Shown piece after piece: positions 13,842-23,699 of a stretch of DNA of 29,431 nucleotides. This stretch comes from a virus (taxonomy: Duplodnaviria; Caudoviricetes): IMG/VR virus record IMGVR_UViG_3300025066_000113, positions 1-29,431 of that record; one strand, 5' to 3'. Every line of letters begins with the position of its first letter. Position 1 is the first letter of the stretch. Under the pieces are notes generated by a model that searched no databases, was not told where the DNA came from, and saw only the letters and a list, made by a program, of their open reading frames with translations. Both the position numbers and the translations under genes were made by a program.

Positions 13842-16181
13842 TCAAAAAATTGCTTCGCTTTCAACATTTGTTATACTGTTTTGTTGTGCCGTAGTATCAC
13901 TAACTACATTAATGACTTTTATCTTATTAAGTTGTCGCGCCATCTCTGCGCCTATCCCTGCCTCCGATAATGCTCCTGTCATGAGTTGCGCATCAGGAGT
14001 AATGCCACCAAGAGCAAACTTCTTACCGCCACCAGCGGCATTCATAGCACTCAACATCGGCTTAAACATTGCCGTACTTCTCTTATTGATGATAGCCTCC
14101 CCTCCTTCGGCTTCTAAAATTCTGCCTCCGCTTGCAAATTTAACACCACCTTCAGCATGACTTTTACCCTCAAATATACCACCCTCAACTAATCCTCCTT
14201 TAGCGAATTTCTGGGCTGTTATAATACCAATCTGTGCAGCCGTTTGCCCTGCCATTAAAGCAATCAAAGCTTGCCCCATTGGTGTAATAGTACCAACAGC
14301 ACCAAGTTGAGCAATGGTTTTTGTAATCGCTACTGCACCATTTATTAATGCCTGACCGACATCAGCTTTTTTCTGTTTTTGAAATGATTGTTTCCGTAAT
14401 GCTAAAGACTGTTCCTCAAATTGTTGCTGGCTTATTGCTCCCGTTTCAGCTTTAAGTCTTAATGCATCAAGGTCAGCTTTTAATGTTCTGCTTCTTGCGC
14501 TTTTTTGTAGACTGAAAACATCATTTATTCCTTTCTGTGCTGCCTGAAATGCTGCTGCCTCAAATTGTTTCTTTTGTGCTAACTCCCTGTTTGTTCTTTC
14601 TGTTGATTTTACCTCCGCTTCATCTAACATTAATTGGTTCTGTTCCATTGCTTCCGCAGAATGGGCAAACGGGTCTATTTCTTTTATCTTTTTTAATGAT
14701 TCAATATATGGGTCTAATTCTTTTGGCTTTTTTAATGCCTCCTGAATCTTTTTAAGCTCTATTTCTTTGCCCCTTAAATTGCTTAATGCCGTATTGAATG
14801 CTTTTGTGCCTAAAGCAACATCCTCAAGGGCTGTTTTTAATTCTGATACTTCTTTCTTTAATGAACGTAATGTCCTTTTCTGTTTTTCTTCTTTTTTTAT
14901 TTCTTCTTCTCTTGCCTCAACTCGTTCATTTATTCCTTTGATATCTTCCTGTGTTAGTTCTCTTCTTTGACTAGAGGCTTCCTTTTGTGCTATATTAAAT
15001 TCCTCCTGAAAGGCTGTTAATTTACTAAATGCCTTTAGTTGTTCTTCAGTTAATTTTACGCTTTGCTTATTTACCTCATCTAATGAATCAGCATAATCAT
15101 CAGAACCCTCAATAAGTCTATCTAATGCAGCAACAAAAACAAAAGCGACATCAATAAAAGGCTCTAGTCCATCAATTATTATACCCCCTAATGTTTCTTT
15201 TAAATCACCAATAGAGTTTTCTAACTGTACCAATTTCCCTGCTCCTGCCGTTGCTGCCGTTGCCTGCCCTTCAAACTTTTCATTCAATGCCTTCAATGTG
15301 CTATCTATTCGTTGAGAACTGCCAGCAACTCCATTAATCTCAACACCATACCTTGATAATGCATTTGTGCTACTACCAACAGATTTAGCTACCAAGTCAA
15401 AAGCACTTCTTAAATCCATGCCTTTAGCTTGTGCCATATCAAGAATGGCAGGGGTAAGTTTTAAAATAGCATCTTCCTCTAATCCCATCTGCGCCAGAAA
15501 TGCCTGTCCTTGTATTGTTGATTCATCACCAAATCTTGTTACTGCCTGCAATGCGCTTGCTTGGTCAAGTAGTGCCTGTGATGTTTTGCCTAATGCCACC
15601 TCAAGAGATACCTCTGCGAGTTGTTGTTTATCAAATAAGTCGATTGATTCTTTTGCTATATTAATAAGCCCTCTCATTGCTATAAAGGCAGCACCAATAG
15701 CAGCTGCAAACTTGCCTATCTTCGCACCTACATCTTTAATTGCACCGCCATAATTACCTACATTTCTGTGCGACCTACCCATCGCTTCATCCATCTTTTT
15801 GAGCTTATTGGTATTGCCATTTATCTCTCTTGATAGTTCATTAAACTTCTTTTTGCCTTTTCCTAATGGGTCTGCTACACGCTTTAATTGAACTACTAAA
15901 GCCTTATTCCTTTCTGTTAATTGCTCATAACTCCCTGCTGCTGCTCTTACTGCATTCTTATTAGCATTAAATTCCCTTTCTTGCTTTCTTAATTCTGTTG
16001 ATAGCCTTTTCTTTTCTGCCCTTAAGCCTAGCTCTAATTCTTTTAGCTTTTGGGTTTCCTTTCCATCTTTGTTTTTTGCTTTTGATATGTTTTTAAGCTG
16101 GCTCTCTACTGCCGTCAGTTCTTTTATCATCTGACTTGAACCCTGCATTTTAACATCAAAAAATAATACTTCTTTAGCCAT
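13842..16181 (-). CDS. Tape measure protein
   Basis: 779 aa, helical and Ala-rich; GSYEQL and RNVGNY motifs, hydrophobic stretches, C-terminal FAKGG..GKSHAEGG..EAEGGEAIINKRST. Confidence 0.9.
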   Translation of the reverse strand: MAKEVLFFDVKMQGSSQMIKELTAVESQLKNISKAKNKDGKETQKLKELELGLRAEKKRLSTELRKQEREFNANKNAVRAAAGSYEQLTERNKALVVQLKRVADPLGKGKKKFNELSREINGNTNKLKKMDEAMGRSHRNVGNYGGAIKDVGAKIGKFAAAIGAAFIAMRGLINIAKESIDLFDKQQLAEVSLEVALGKTSQALLDQASALQAVTRFGDESTIQGQAFLAQMGLEEDAILKLTPAILDMAQAKGMDLRSAFDLVAKSVGSSTNALSRYGVEINGVAGSSQRIDSTLKALNEKFEGQATAATAGAGKLVQLENSIGDLKETLGGIIIDGLEPFIDVAFVFVAALDRLIEGSDDYADSLDEVNKQSVKLTEEQLKAFSKLTAFQEEFNIAQKEASSQRRELTQEDIKGINERVEAREEEIKKEEKQKRTLRSLKKEVSELKTALEDVALGTKAFNTALSNLRGKEIELKKIQEALKKPKELDPYIESLKKIKEIDPFAHSAEAMEQNQLMLDEAEVKSTERTNRELAQKKQFEAAAFQAAQKGINDVFSLQKSARSRTLKADLDALRLKAETGAISQQQFEEQSLALRKQSFQKQKKADVGQALINGAVAITKTIAQLGAVGTITPMGQALIALMAGQTAAQIGIITAQKFAKGGLVEGGIFEGKSHAEGGVKFASGGRILEAEGGEAIINKRSTAMFKPMLSAMNAAGGGKKFALGGITPDAQLMTGALSEAGIGAEMARQLNKIKVINVVSDTTAQQNSITNVESEAIF

Positions 16182-16183
16182 CT

Positions 16184-18934
16184 TTATTCTGATTTAAAAA
16201 CTTTTAAATATCTAAAATTCGCTTCATCCTCCATAAGCACATCCATAACAACATCGTTCACTACGACCTGAACCTCACCGCCATACTGTATCAAATTGCC
16301 ATCAGCATCTAATCTTAATGAAGTAATTCTGTCGCTATCACTCGTTCCCGTTCCTATCTGAAACAGGTCTGTAGCGCTTCCTGTGTTGTAACTGCCGAGA
16401 ATAAGCTGCAATGTACCCGTGCTAATTAATCCATTGCCCAAAACAACGCTACCACTACCAGCATACGCCATGTTACCGCTACCATTATCAAAAACTAAAG
16501 TAGGATTAGAATAGTCGTTGCCGATTAATATATCGCCATCATCAAACTTGCCTCCACTACCACCAAAAAAAGGATGAGTAATTAAACCGCCTGCACGTAC
16601 CCCCTCAAGCTCTCCAAAGCCTTTCTCTGGTCTTACTGTTCCTATCTGTGTGGCATCAAGCGTTGCCGTGCCTAAATTCTCTATCTTAATGAGTTCCACC
16701 TTTGTTAATCCCCCTTTCGATGGGCTATAATCAATGATTTTATTAATGGCATAATAACCATTTAAGTCGGCAGGCTTATCAATGTAAACAGGCTTCTTAA
16801 GATTCAGCTCACTCAAGTCCTGAAGCTGGAGTTTAAACATTGCCGTTATCAACGTTCCTTTTTCTATAATCTTAATGAACTTACCGTAATACGTCTGAAA
16901 TAATCCATCTGCACCCGTAAATTCTAGCTCATCTTGTGTTACATCTGCATAACCACTCATCAATGCTGTTGGTATGCTTGTCTGGCTTGTACCCTCCCAT
17001 TCCCATACTCTGTTATTGCCATCATCATCTAACTGCGTACCATAGGACTTGACTAGTATTCTTGGCATCCAATCGTAGTTATTATTCTGACTAGAATCAT
17101 CGACTTGCCAATTCTTCCACATCCTCGCTATAAGTGGTGCTTTGTCTTTAGTTTCGTTCTTATAACCAAAATATACTCCCGATGCTGAATTATAAATAAG
17201 ATGTTTATCCATTATATGATAAGTCGCTGCAAAGGTTGGATTTATAAACTCCTGTTTCCCGATAAGAAACCTATCGTTCAGGGTATAAAAGTAATCACCA
17301 ACATCAAGGTCATGCTCTGTATCTCTGGCTTTAAGATGCCCGTCCGCATTATCCTTTTTGTAGCCATATTTTATCTCTTTCTTGTAATCATCGATATACT
17401 TTATTTCATAGTCGGCTTTGTTGAGCTTACCTGACCAATCGTTAGCCGTAGTGATGTCATCATAAAAACTGTTTCTAGGCTCAATATATACTGTTTTCAT
17501 GGCTACATCTGTCCTGAAATATAGATTGAACATATGTGTTAAGCCTTTCAATATATCAAGAGCAGTAATGTTATCAGGTAGTGTATCTGCTAATGTTACG
17601 CTACCTCCATCTAATATTGTCTTATCTATCTCATTATATACATAAGTGTTGAAATTGCCTCCTGATATTCCCGATACAGTATAATTATGAATATGATAAA
17701 AATATAAGCCAGCAACACTAGACGGGTTATATACAGAAGCTATTAATATTTGAATTTCATCACCGCTTTGTATTTCAAAATATCCTGAATCATAGGATAT
17801 ATTTTTAGATGTTGTAATGTAATTTACTGAACCAGCAATACTAATGCTATCAGACATTTTTAAGTCTGTAACTGTGCTTCCTCTTGTATGGCGAAGATAT
17901 ATTGTATATGTGCCTGCTTCAGCTAATAGATTTGTAATTTTAAGAGAACCTTTAAATGTTGTTTTAAAGCCTGCATTAGCAATATATTTATAAGTGCTGT
18001 TATTGTAAAGGCTTCCCGTATCAAAATTAGGTGATGTGCTTTCATCATCAAAAGGAATAATATAATAATCTGTTATAGGCGTTGCCGTAGTATTTAGTGT
18101 TGTATTATTATATGTTTGGTCACTTGTTAATCCTGCCCTGAATTTTCTGTCGCTGATAAAAGTATCTGATAATGTCCACCCATGCCCAAGATATGGCATA
18201 ACGAGTTTTTTGAAGTCTGTGGTATTTAAGAAAGTAGAATCAATCTTATATTCTATCTGCCTGAAAGCAGCATCAAGCAAAGCCTTAATATATACCGCAG
18301 GGCGCAAATCATCAACAACAACGCCTGTGCTATTCTTCCACCCCCCATAATTGATAATAGGATAGAAATAGCAATATCCAATCGCACTATCAAGACCGGC
18401 GTAATTCCCTGCCCAACTCCCCTCAATAGTAGCTTGATTGAAAGTATGGTCTGAATCAGCAATAGAGCCATCAAACGCAGTAAGCTCATTGAGATAAAGG
18501 TTTTCAAGTTGCTTTACCCAATCAGCATTATCACCAATTATCTGCAAGACATATTCTTTCTTTCTGCCCTTTGTGATTATGTTCTTAACTTTAATCTCAC
18601 CCCTCAATATCGGCACTCCATCGACTTTAATAATACAGGGCTTTCGTGATAGCATCTTATGCCCTGCTGCCGTATAGCTACTGATGTTATCGGCATAGGT
18701 GTTAGGATTCCAGATATCATGAAGTATAGTATTGTTATTCTTTGTGGCAGGCACATTGAAAGTCTTTGTGTAACTCCCTGACCTGATGCTCATGTTCTTA
18801 ATATCAGCAATGAGATAAGTAACACTTAAAGGGAAATCATCAGAGTCTTTAATATCAAGTTGCCCTACTGTTCTGTCAGTACCACCTACATAATAATCCC
18901 GTATTTCGACCTCTATTCTAGACATTGATGACAT
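16184..18934 (-). CDS. Tail tip / baseplate hub protein (916 aa)
   Basis: N-terminal ADIKN...RSGSYTKTFNVPATKNNN pattern; adjacent to the TMP; C-terminal YadA-like repeats. Confidence 0.8.
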   Translation of the reverse strand: MSSMSRIEVEIRDYYVGGTDRTVGQLDIKDSDDFPLSVTYLIADIKNMSIRSGSYTKTFNVPATKNNNTILHDIWNPNTYADNISSYTAAGHKMLSRKPCIIKVDGVPILRGEIKVKNIITKGRKKEYVLQIIGDNADWVKQLENLYLNELTAFDGSIADSDHTFNQATIEGSWAGNYAGLDSAIGYCYFYPIINYGGWKNSTGVVVDDLRPAVYIKALLDAAFRQIEYKIDSTFLNTTDFKKLVMPYLGHGWTLSDTFISDRKFRAGLTSDQTYNNTTLNTTATPITDYYIIPFDDESTSPNFDTGSLYNNSTYKYIANAGFKTTFKGSLKITNLLAEAGTYTIYLRHTRGSTVTDLKMSDSISIAGSVNYITTSKNISYDSGYFEIQSGDEIQILIASVYNPSSVAGLYFYHIHNYTVSGISGGNFNTYVYNEIDKTILDGGSVTLADTLPDNITALDILKGLTHMFNLYFRTDVAMKTVYIEPRNSFYDDITTANDWSGKLNKADYEIKYIDDYKKEIKYGYKKDNADGHLKARDTEHDLDVGDYFYTLNDRFLIGKQEFINPTFAATYHIMDKHLIYNSASGVYFGYKNETKDKAPLIARMWKNWQVDDSSQNNNYDWMPRILVKSYGTQLDDDGNNRVWEWEGTSQTSIPTALMSGYADVTQDELEFTGADGLFQTYYGKFIKIIEKGTLITAMFKLQLQDLSELNLKKPVYIDKPADLNGYYAINKIIDYSPSKGGLTKVELIKIENLGTATLDATQIGTVRPEKGFGELEGVRAGGLITHPFFGGSGGKFDDGDILIGNDYSNPTLVFDNGSGNMAYAGSGSVVLGNGLISTGTLQLILGSYNTGSATDLFQIGTGTSDSDRITSLRLDADGNLIQYGGEVQVVVNDVVMDVLMEDEANFRYLKVFKSE

Positions 18935-20183
18935 TTTGATGTGAGTAAGTATAATTAATCTTCACCTGAATAAGCTTCTTATCATCATCAATGGTCTTTA
19001 CTTGTGAATCTGTAATCAAAATCGGCACATAAGCACCATCCTCAACAACATAAACCTCTGGTGATGTATATAGTTCCTCTAGCCACTTCCTTTTATCATT
19101 ATTCAATAATCCTGAATAAGAACTAAAGGTGTTCTTTGATTCTATGGCATTGATGCCCGTTTCTGAATCGTAGATATTAAAAGAGTAATCTAGGTTCTGC
19201 TCATACAATGCTTTGCTCTGGTTCTGTCCTCTGCTACTTGCACCATCAAAAGTCCAACTGTCAAAACCTCCCAATCTATTAAGCCAATGAAAACGAGTAG
19301 AGTAGTCATGGCTTTTTCTGTCTATCTCAAAGGTTATATATTCGCTTAAATTCCCGATAGATGTCGCATCGAAGAAAAGAATATCATAATATGCTATTGA
19401 TGCCGTGATTATTGGCAATGTGCCTGTATTTGAACTGTGCATATCACCACTAACAAGATTGGCGAAGTTTGAACACCCTACCCCCAAATCATGCCTGACA
19501 TTGCTACTGCTGGCATCAATTCTGTAATTATCTACGATACTATCAGAGCTATCCCATGTATCAACCTTGATTAAAGTATCGGCAGATAATGATGTATCTA
19601 TTAATGATAAAAAATAGCTTTCATCAGTCTTTACCTTTATTCTTCCCACCCTTGAATATAATTCAACACCACTACGAGGGAAGTTAGTAAGGAATTTTTT
19701 TGTATATCCACCCAGCTCATAGGCTGTAAAGCCCTGTGTATCTATGTGCTGATATACACCGTTAAAGATATAACATTCATTGCCGCTAAAACTTGCCACC
19801 GATGCCTCTGACAATTCGTTTGTTGTTGTGCTTTTATATATCCCTCCGACCTGAATATAAAGTGTTTTCATGCTGTTTGTGGCATCAACTGAACCCTCAC
19901 CCCCTAATATCTGTAAATCGCTGGTGATATAATTACGTGCCACCCCTGATATATCAAAGGTGAATTGTGTATGGTCTGCCGTTCCTCCCGTTTGTGTTAA
20001 GTCGGGGTCTTGAATGATGGGATTATTATTATTGACAACAGAGCCATTGATGTAAAGTTTAACCGATGCTCTGACAAGCTCTAGCGTTCCACTTGTATCA
20101 GGAACTTCAACCTCATAAACGATAGGTCTGTAAACTGAATTGATGCTGTCATCTGCTGGTTTTGAAAGTATTGCTATTGGCAT
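18918..20183 (-). CDS. Tail component (distal-tail-like, 421 aa)
   Basis: C-terminal WLNRLGGFDSWTF...WLEELYTSPEVY pattern of Bacteroidota phage tail proteins. Confidence 0.75.
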   Translation of the reverse strand: MPIAILSKPADDSINSVYRPIVYEVEVPDTSGTLELVRASVKLYINGSVVNNNNPIIQDPDLTQTGGTADHTQFTFDISGVARNYITSDLQILGGEGSVDATNSMKTLYIQVGGIYKSTTTNELSEASVASFSGNECYIFNGVYQHIDTQGFTAYELGGYTKKFLTNFPRSGVELYSRVGRIKVKTDESYFLSLIDTSLSADTLIKVDTWDSSDSIVDNYRIDASSSNVRHDLGVGCSNFANLVSGDMHSSNTGTLPIITASIAYYDILFFDATSIGNLSEYITFEIDRKSHDYSTRFHWLNRLGGFDSWTFDGASSRGQNQSKALYEQNLDYSFNIYDSETGINAIESKNTFSSYSGLLNNDKRKWLEELYTSPEVYVVEDGAYVPILITDSQVKTIDDDKKLIQVKINYTYSHQNVINV

Positions 20184-20716
20184 TATGCAAGATTTTTGTT
20201 TGTGTTTCTAATATAGTTTGTTATAGATGTATTAATCTGGTCTTTAAAGGCTTTACGTACTGTATCTTTTATTATTTCTCTATTCTTTTTTGCTGTATGG
20301 CTTATCCATGCCGTCCTTCTGCCTACCCTTGAATGTTTAAAAGCACCCTGTCCGTTAGGTGTTCTTCTTCCCGTTGTTGGTGTACCCTCAAGATATATGG
20401 CTTTAGATATGGCAAAGGCGATACTTCTAACCTCTTTATTTGATGATGCTATACCTTTCTGTGCCACCCATTTCATTAATGGAGCTATCGGCACGTACTT
20501 CCCTGCCTGCCTTTTCTTTTCAAGGTATAAACCGTAATCATTGCACCAAAATACTAATCTATATCCACTAGGGTTTAAAAGGATATCTTTACGGAATGAA
20601 TTAATAAGAGAGCCTGTAGCCTTATGACCTTGATTAATAAGCTCAAGAGCAAAAGCTTTTAATAGCTTACTCCCTAGCTTATCAAGTTCTACTTTTATTA
20701 ATTCAAATTTTGCCAT
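20183..20716 (-). CDS. Neck / tail completion protein
   Basis: Basic protein; ATGSLINS, YG.YLE, WVAQKGI, AFAISKAIY..G patterns. Confidence 0.7.
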   Translation of the reverse strand: MAKFELIKVELDKLGSKLLKAFALELINQGHKATGSLINSFRKDILLNPSGYRLVFWCNDYGLYLEKKRQAGKYVPIAPLMKWVAQKGIASSNKEVRSIAFAISKAIYLEGTPTTGRRTPNGQGAFKHSRVGRRTAWISHTAKKNREIIKDTVRKAFKDQINTSITNYIRNTNKNLA

Positions 20717-21207
20717 TAATAGCTAAATGTTCCCGTATCACAATCACTAAATATTGTCAGGCTTATCGTTGCCTCCACGCCAGCTAATTTATCAACGCCT
20801 ACCACCTCAACGAAATTGATTGTTATTTTATCTTCATCATTGCTCGGCATATGCCACTCCTGAACGCTTGTTACCTCTGTTGTATTGCCAAGACTTCTGC
20901 TCCTGAACTCCCTTAAAAAGTGTTCCATAAGATTCAATAAATCCTGTTGCTTATCTGCATATACTTTGCTCGCTTTCTGTTCTTCGAAATAAGTATCGTA
21001 AATACCAAATGATACCTCAAATGTTTTAAGGTTCTTCTGGAAGTCAGGATATGTTACCGCCCTTTGTTTGTGTAGTATCAATAATGGTTTCGTGTTTTGT
21101 CTTGATGTATTGATTTCATCGGGATTGCCGTACTTAAAACTGTTAATCCCTGTTTGTGCTGTTGCTATCGTACTAAATTCAGTTACGATATCTGTAAAAT
21201 CTGCCAT
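20716..21207 (-). CDS. Tail terminator-like protein
   Basis: 163 aa, acidic; position between chaperone and neck genes. Confidence 0.55.
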   Translation of the reverse strand: MADFTDIVTEFSTIATAQTGINSFKYGNPDEINTSRQNTKPLLILHKQRAVTYPDFQKNLKTFEVSFGIYDTYFEEQKASKVYADKQQDLLNLMEHFLREFRSRSLGNTTEVTSVQEWHMPSNDEDKITINFVEVVGVDKLAGVEATISLTIFSDCDTGTFSY

Positions 21208-21208
21208 G

Positions 21209-21466
21209 TTACTTTTTTACGTTGTTTTTTTGTAAATGTTCTTTCTGATAGTCAATTTTATAATTTATTAAGTTCATGACATCATAAACGGGCATCGTTT
21301 CCAGCTCTTTCATCTTCTTTAAATCCCCTTCAGATGCCATATAAAGAACGTTGTACCATCCATACTTGCTTAATCTGTTTTGACCGCCCTCGCCTCCTCT
21401 AAAGATTGAAGTAAATGTTTCAAAGAGTTTTGTTTTTGTCTTATCAAAAAAAAAGCCACTTGCCAT
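21209..21466 (-). CDS. C-terminal (T-like) frame of the tail assembly chaperone, probably made by -1 frameshift
   Basis: Overlaps the upstream ORF by 97 nt in the -1 frame across a T9 run; KYGWY motif. Confidence 0.75.
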   Translation of the reverse strand: MASGFFFDKTKTKLFETFTSIFRGGEGGQNRLSKYGWYNVLYMASEGDLKKMKELETMPVYDVMNLINYKIDYQKEHLQKNNVKK

Positions 21467-22041
21467 ACTACATCCATAGGAAGCTCCTTAAATACTTCAG
21501 CCCTTTCTTTTACTTTCTGGTCGTTGTAATCCTCGCCTTTTGGTCTGCATAACATCGCTATCTGATAGGGTAATACCTTGAAATTATTCTCCTGAAAGCT
21601 TTTATCCATCTCCTGTACTTGCATAGCCTCTACCACCTCACCAAATGAAGCCTCTCCCATCTCAATCTCATTACCAAAGTAATCGACTTTAGATTTCGGG
21701 AGATAGTATTTCTTCTTCTTAAAAGTGAAACTGTCAATCTTGTTATAGTCAGGCTCTTTAAGGAAGTTCATAATATACATATAAGTAGTGTATATGTTAT
21801 CTGCCTTAATCCTATCTATGATGCTTGGCTCTATGCCTGTAAATGCTTGGAATAGCTTATTGAAATAACTTCTATATTCTAATACTATCTGATAAAAGCC
21901 TATATCTTCAGCCTCATCCTCTTTAAGCTTTGCCTGTAGCTCATTAACGGCATCGATGAAGATGGCATACTTGCCTAGTGTTATCTCTGACCATTCTTCA
22001 GGAACGCTGAACTCATGTTCCCCTGCGCTGAATACCAGCAT
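21370..22041 (-). CDS. Tail assembly chaperone (G-like)
   Basis: VPEEWSEITLGKY...IAMLCRP...LPMDVV...AFF, ending just after the slippery run. Confidence 0.75.
   Translation of the reverse strand: MLVFSAGEHEFSVPEEWSEITLGKYAIFIDAVNELQAKLKEDEAEDIGFYQIVLEYRSYFNKLFQAFTGIEPSIIDRIKADNIYTTYMYIMNFLKEPDYNKIDSFTFKKKKYYLPKSKVDYFGNEIEMGEASFGEVVEAMQVQEMDKSFQENNFKVLPYQIAMLCRPKGEDYNDQKVKERAEVFKELPMDVVWQVAFFLIRQKQNSLKHLLQSLEEARAVKTD
21446..21454 (-). other. Programmed -1 frameshift slippery site (U9)
   Basis: GCT TTT TTT TTG in frame 0; a -1 slip gives ...VAFFFDKTK, a ~277-aa fusion ending at 21209. Confidence 0.75.
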
Positions 22042-22241
22042 TACTTCTCTAGTTCCTCAATGACGAACCTGATAGCCCTGATAGCATTACGAAGATGCTT
22101 TGCGCTTGATACCTTGCTTTCCCTTTGAAATACTGTAGCTTTCTTGCCCAGCTCTGAACACATCTCATGATATGATGCTGTAAGGTCTTCTTTAATTTCT
22201 TCTACTGCTTCTTCTACTTTTGTTTTTTTACTCTTTGCCAT
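22041..22241 (-). CDS. Hypothetical protein (66 aa)
   Basis: TAATG-coupled to the chaperone gene. Confidence 0.75.
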   Translation of the reverse strand: MAKSKKTKVEEAVEEIKEDLTASYHEMCSELGKKATVFQRESKVSSAKHLRNAIRAIRFVIEELEK

Positions 22242-22245
22242 AATT

Positions 22246-22509
22246 TTATCTTTTTAATTCTTTAATTAGTTTTTTAAATACATCATTTTTATTATTCATT
22301 CGGTAATAATATTTTCTGCAATAATCATTAACCTCAATGTAATCTTTTGCATTTATTATTTGTTCTTGCACATCGGGTTTTAGCATTAAAAACAAATCTT
22401 TATGAGAGCAACATTGGTCAAATCTACTATATAATTCAAGGTCTGTGTATATAGAATTACATCTACTATCTACACGCTTCTCATATTTATTGTATTCTTT
22501 TTTGTCCAT
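22246..22509 (-). CDS. Hypothetical AT-rich accessory protein (87 aa)
   Basis: ORF track; good start context. Confidence 0.7.
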   Translation of the reverse strand: MDKKEYNKYEKRVDSRCNSIYTDLELYSRFDQCCSHKDLFLMLKPDVQEQIINAKDYIEVNDYCRKYYYRMNNKNDVFKKLIKELKR

Positions 22510-22639
22510 AATGATTTTATTTGTTTAATAATCTTATTGTTCCGATTGTAGTTTCTACTGTCACCGCCATATCCATTGATATACCACTTTGTCCCCCCTC
22601 TTGTGTATTTCTAACATTCCTCTGCATATAGACTGAAAT

Positions 22640-22978
22640 TCAATTGTCAATTTCTTTGATTCGTAGCTTGTTGTATAGGCTTTCATCAACGCGCCTAATA
22701 TACGACATATTATTTTCATAATCAAACATCTTCTTTTTCTCATCTGCCGTTCCATGCTCCCAAATATCATGACATCCTGTATGCTCACCAACACTCAAGC
22801 AATGGTAAGTGATGTTGTCATATTCACAGGTCAGGTCAGGTCTTTTAGCCCTGCTGATGATATGGCTATGTGATAGCGCCACCTGACCAGAATACCTACC
22901 GCACCCCGTACATTTATGCTCCCTTGATTCTGCTATCATTTGATATATGGCGTAAAGCTTACTTTTGTTTTTCATCAA
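22640..22978 (-). CDS. HNH endonuclease (NinG-like)
   Basis: CTGC...SHII.R...DNI..HC......GCH. Confidence 0.85.
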   Translation of the reverse strand: MMKNKSKLYAIYQMIAESREHKCTGCGRYSGQVALSHSHIISRAKRPDLTCEYDNITYHCLSVGEHTGCHDIWEHGTADEKKKMFDYENNMSYIRRVDESLYNKLRIKEIDN

Positions 22979-23699
22979 AAAAATCTAGTAAATATAAAAG
23001 CCTGTCATAGTAAGGTCTAAATGTCTTGTTCTTTGGATTGCCACGAATATACGAAATATGTGATAATATAAACATTCTAGGATTGTTGATAATACCCCCC
23101 CGTATTGCTATTGGTGTTTCAGGTATATCCATATCATTGAACCGCCTCTCTATCTCATCAAGTGTTACCATTATATTATTCTTTAGTTCATCAATATCAA
23201 TAACATCAATTAGTGAAGTGTTATCAATTTCATAAAGGTCTGCAAACGTCTTAAATGATGTTCCATTAGTTCTTGTCCTCTCTGTGCCTTTAGGATAAAA
23301 TGTTCTTCTTTTAATAAAGGTATTCTTATCTATTAGACCACATACTGTTAATTCCTTTTTATTTTTGTGATAGCTACAAAATATATATACATCAGTATTA
23401 AAACAATCCTGCACTTTCAGGAAGTTGTTAGTATAGCTGGGTTTCACTTCCGTTGTTCTGCCCATAGTCTTAACATCTATCTTCCTGTTCTTATATATCA
23501 AATCAACACCATCATCAAAGCCATCGCTACCTTTTACGTTGCCTAAATTGAAAAGGTTCATTATTGTGCTTTGTCCTATTATCCCTGTAAGCTGTTGTTC
23601 TTTAGTGCCATTGGCTGTTGCCCTCTGACCGAAGTTGTATTGCTGTACTTCTTTCTCGCAATGTGTTATTATATTTTCTGATACTTTTATCTTAAACAT
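22959..23699 (-). CDS. Restriction-endonuclease-like PD-(D/E)XK domain fused to a DUF6965-like domain
   Basis: G..GQ and DDGVDL.....IDVKT motifs; the last 70 aa from ATG 23171 (NPRMFILSHISY...PYYDRL) look like a stand-alone small protein. Confidence 0.65.
   Translation of the reverse strand: MFKIKVSENIITHCEKEVQQYNFGQRATANGTKEQQLTGIIGQSTIMNLFNLGNVKGSDGFDDGVDLIYKNRKIDVKTMGRTTEVKPSYTNNFLKVQDCFNTDVYIFCSYHKNKKELTVCGLIDKNTFIKRRTFYPKGTERTRTNGTSFKTFADLYEIDNTSLIDVIDIDELKNNIMVTLDEIERRFNDMDIPETPIAIRGGIINNPRMFILSHISYIRGNPKNKTFRPYYDRLLYLLDFFDEKQK

Noticed and set aside
22517-22794. 77-aa ORF 22561-22794 and 36-aa ORF 22517-22627
   Set aside because: Competing frames in the gap after the HNH gene; neither can be supported from the sequence alone.
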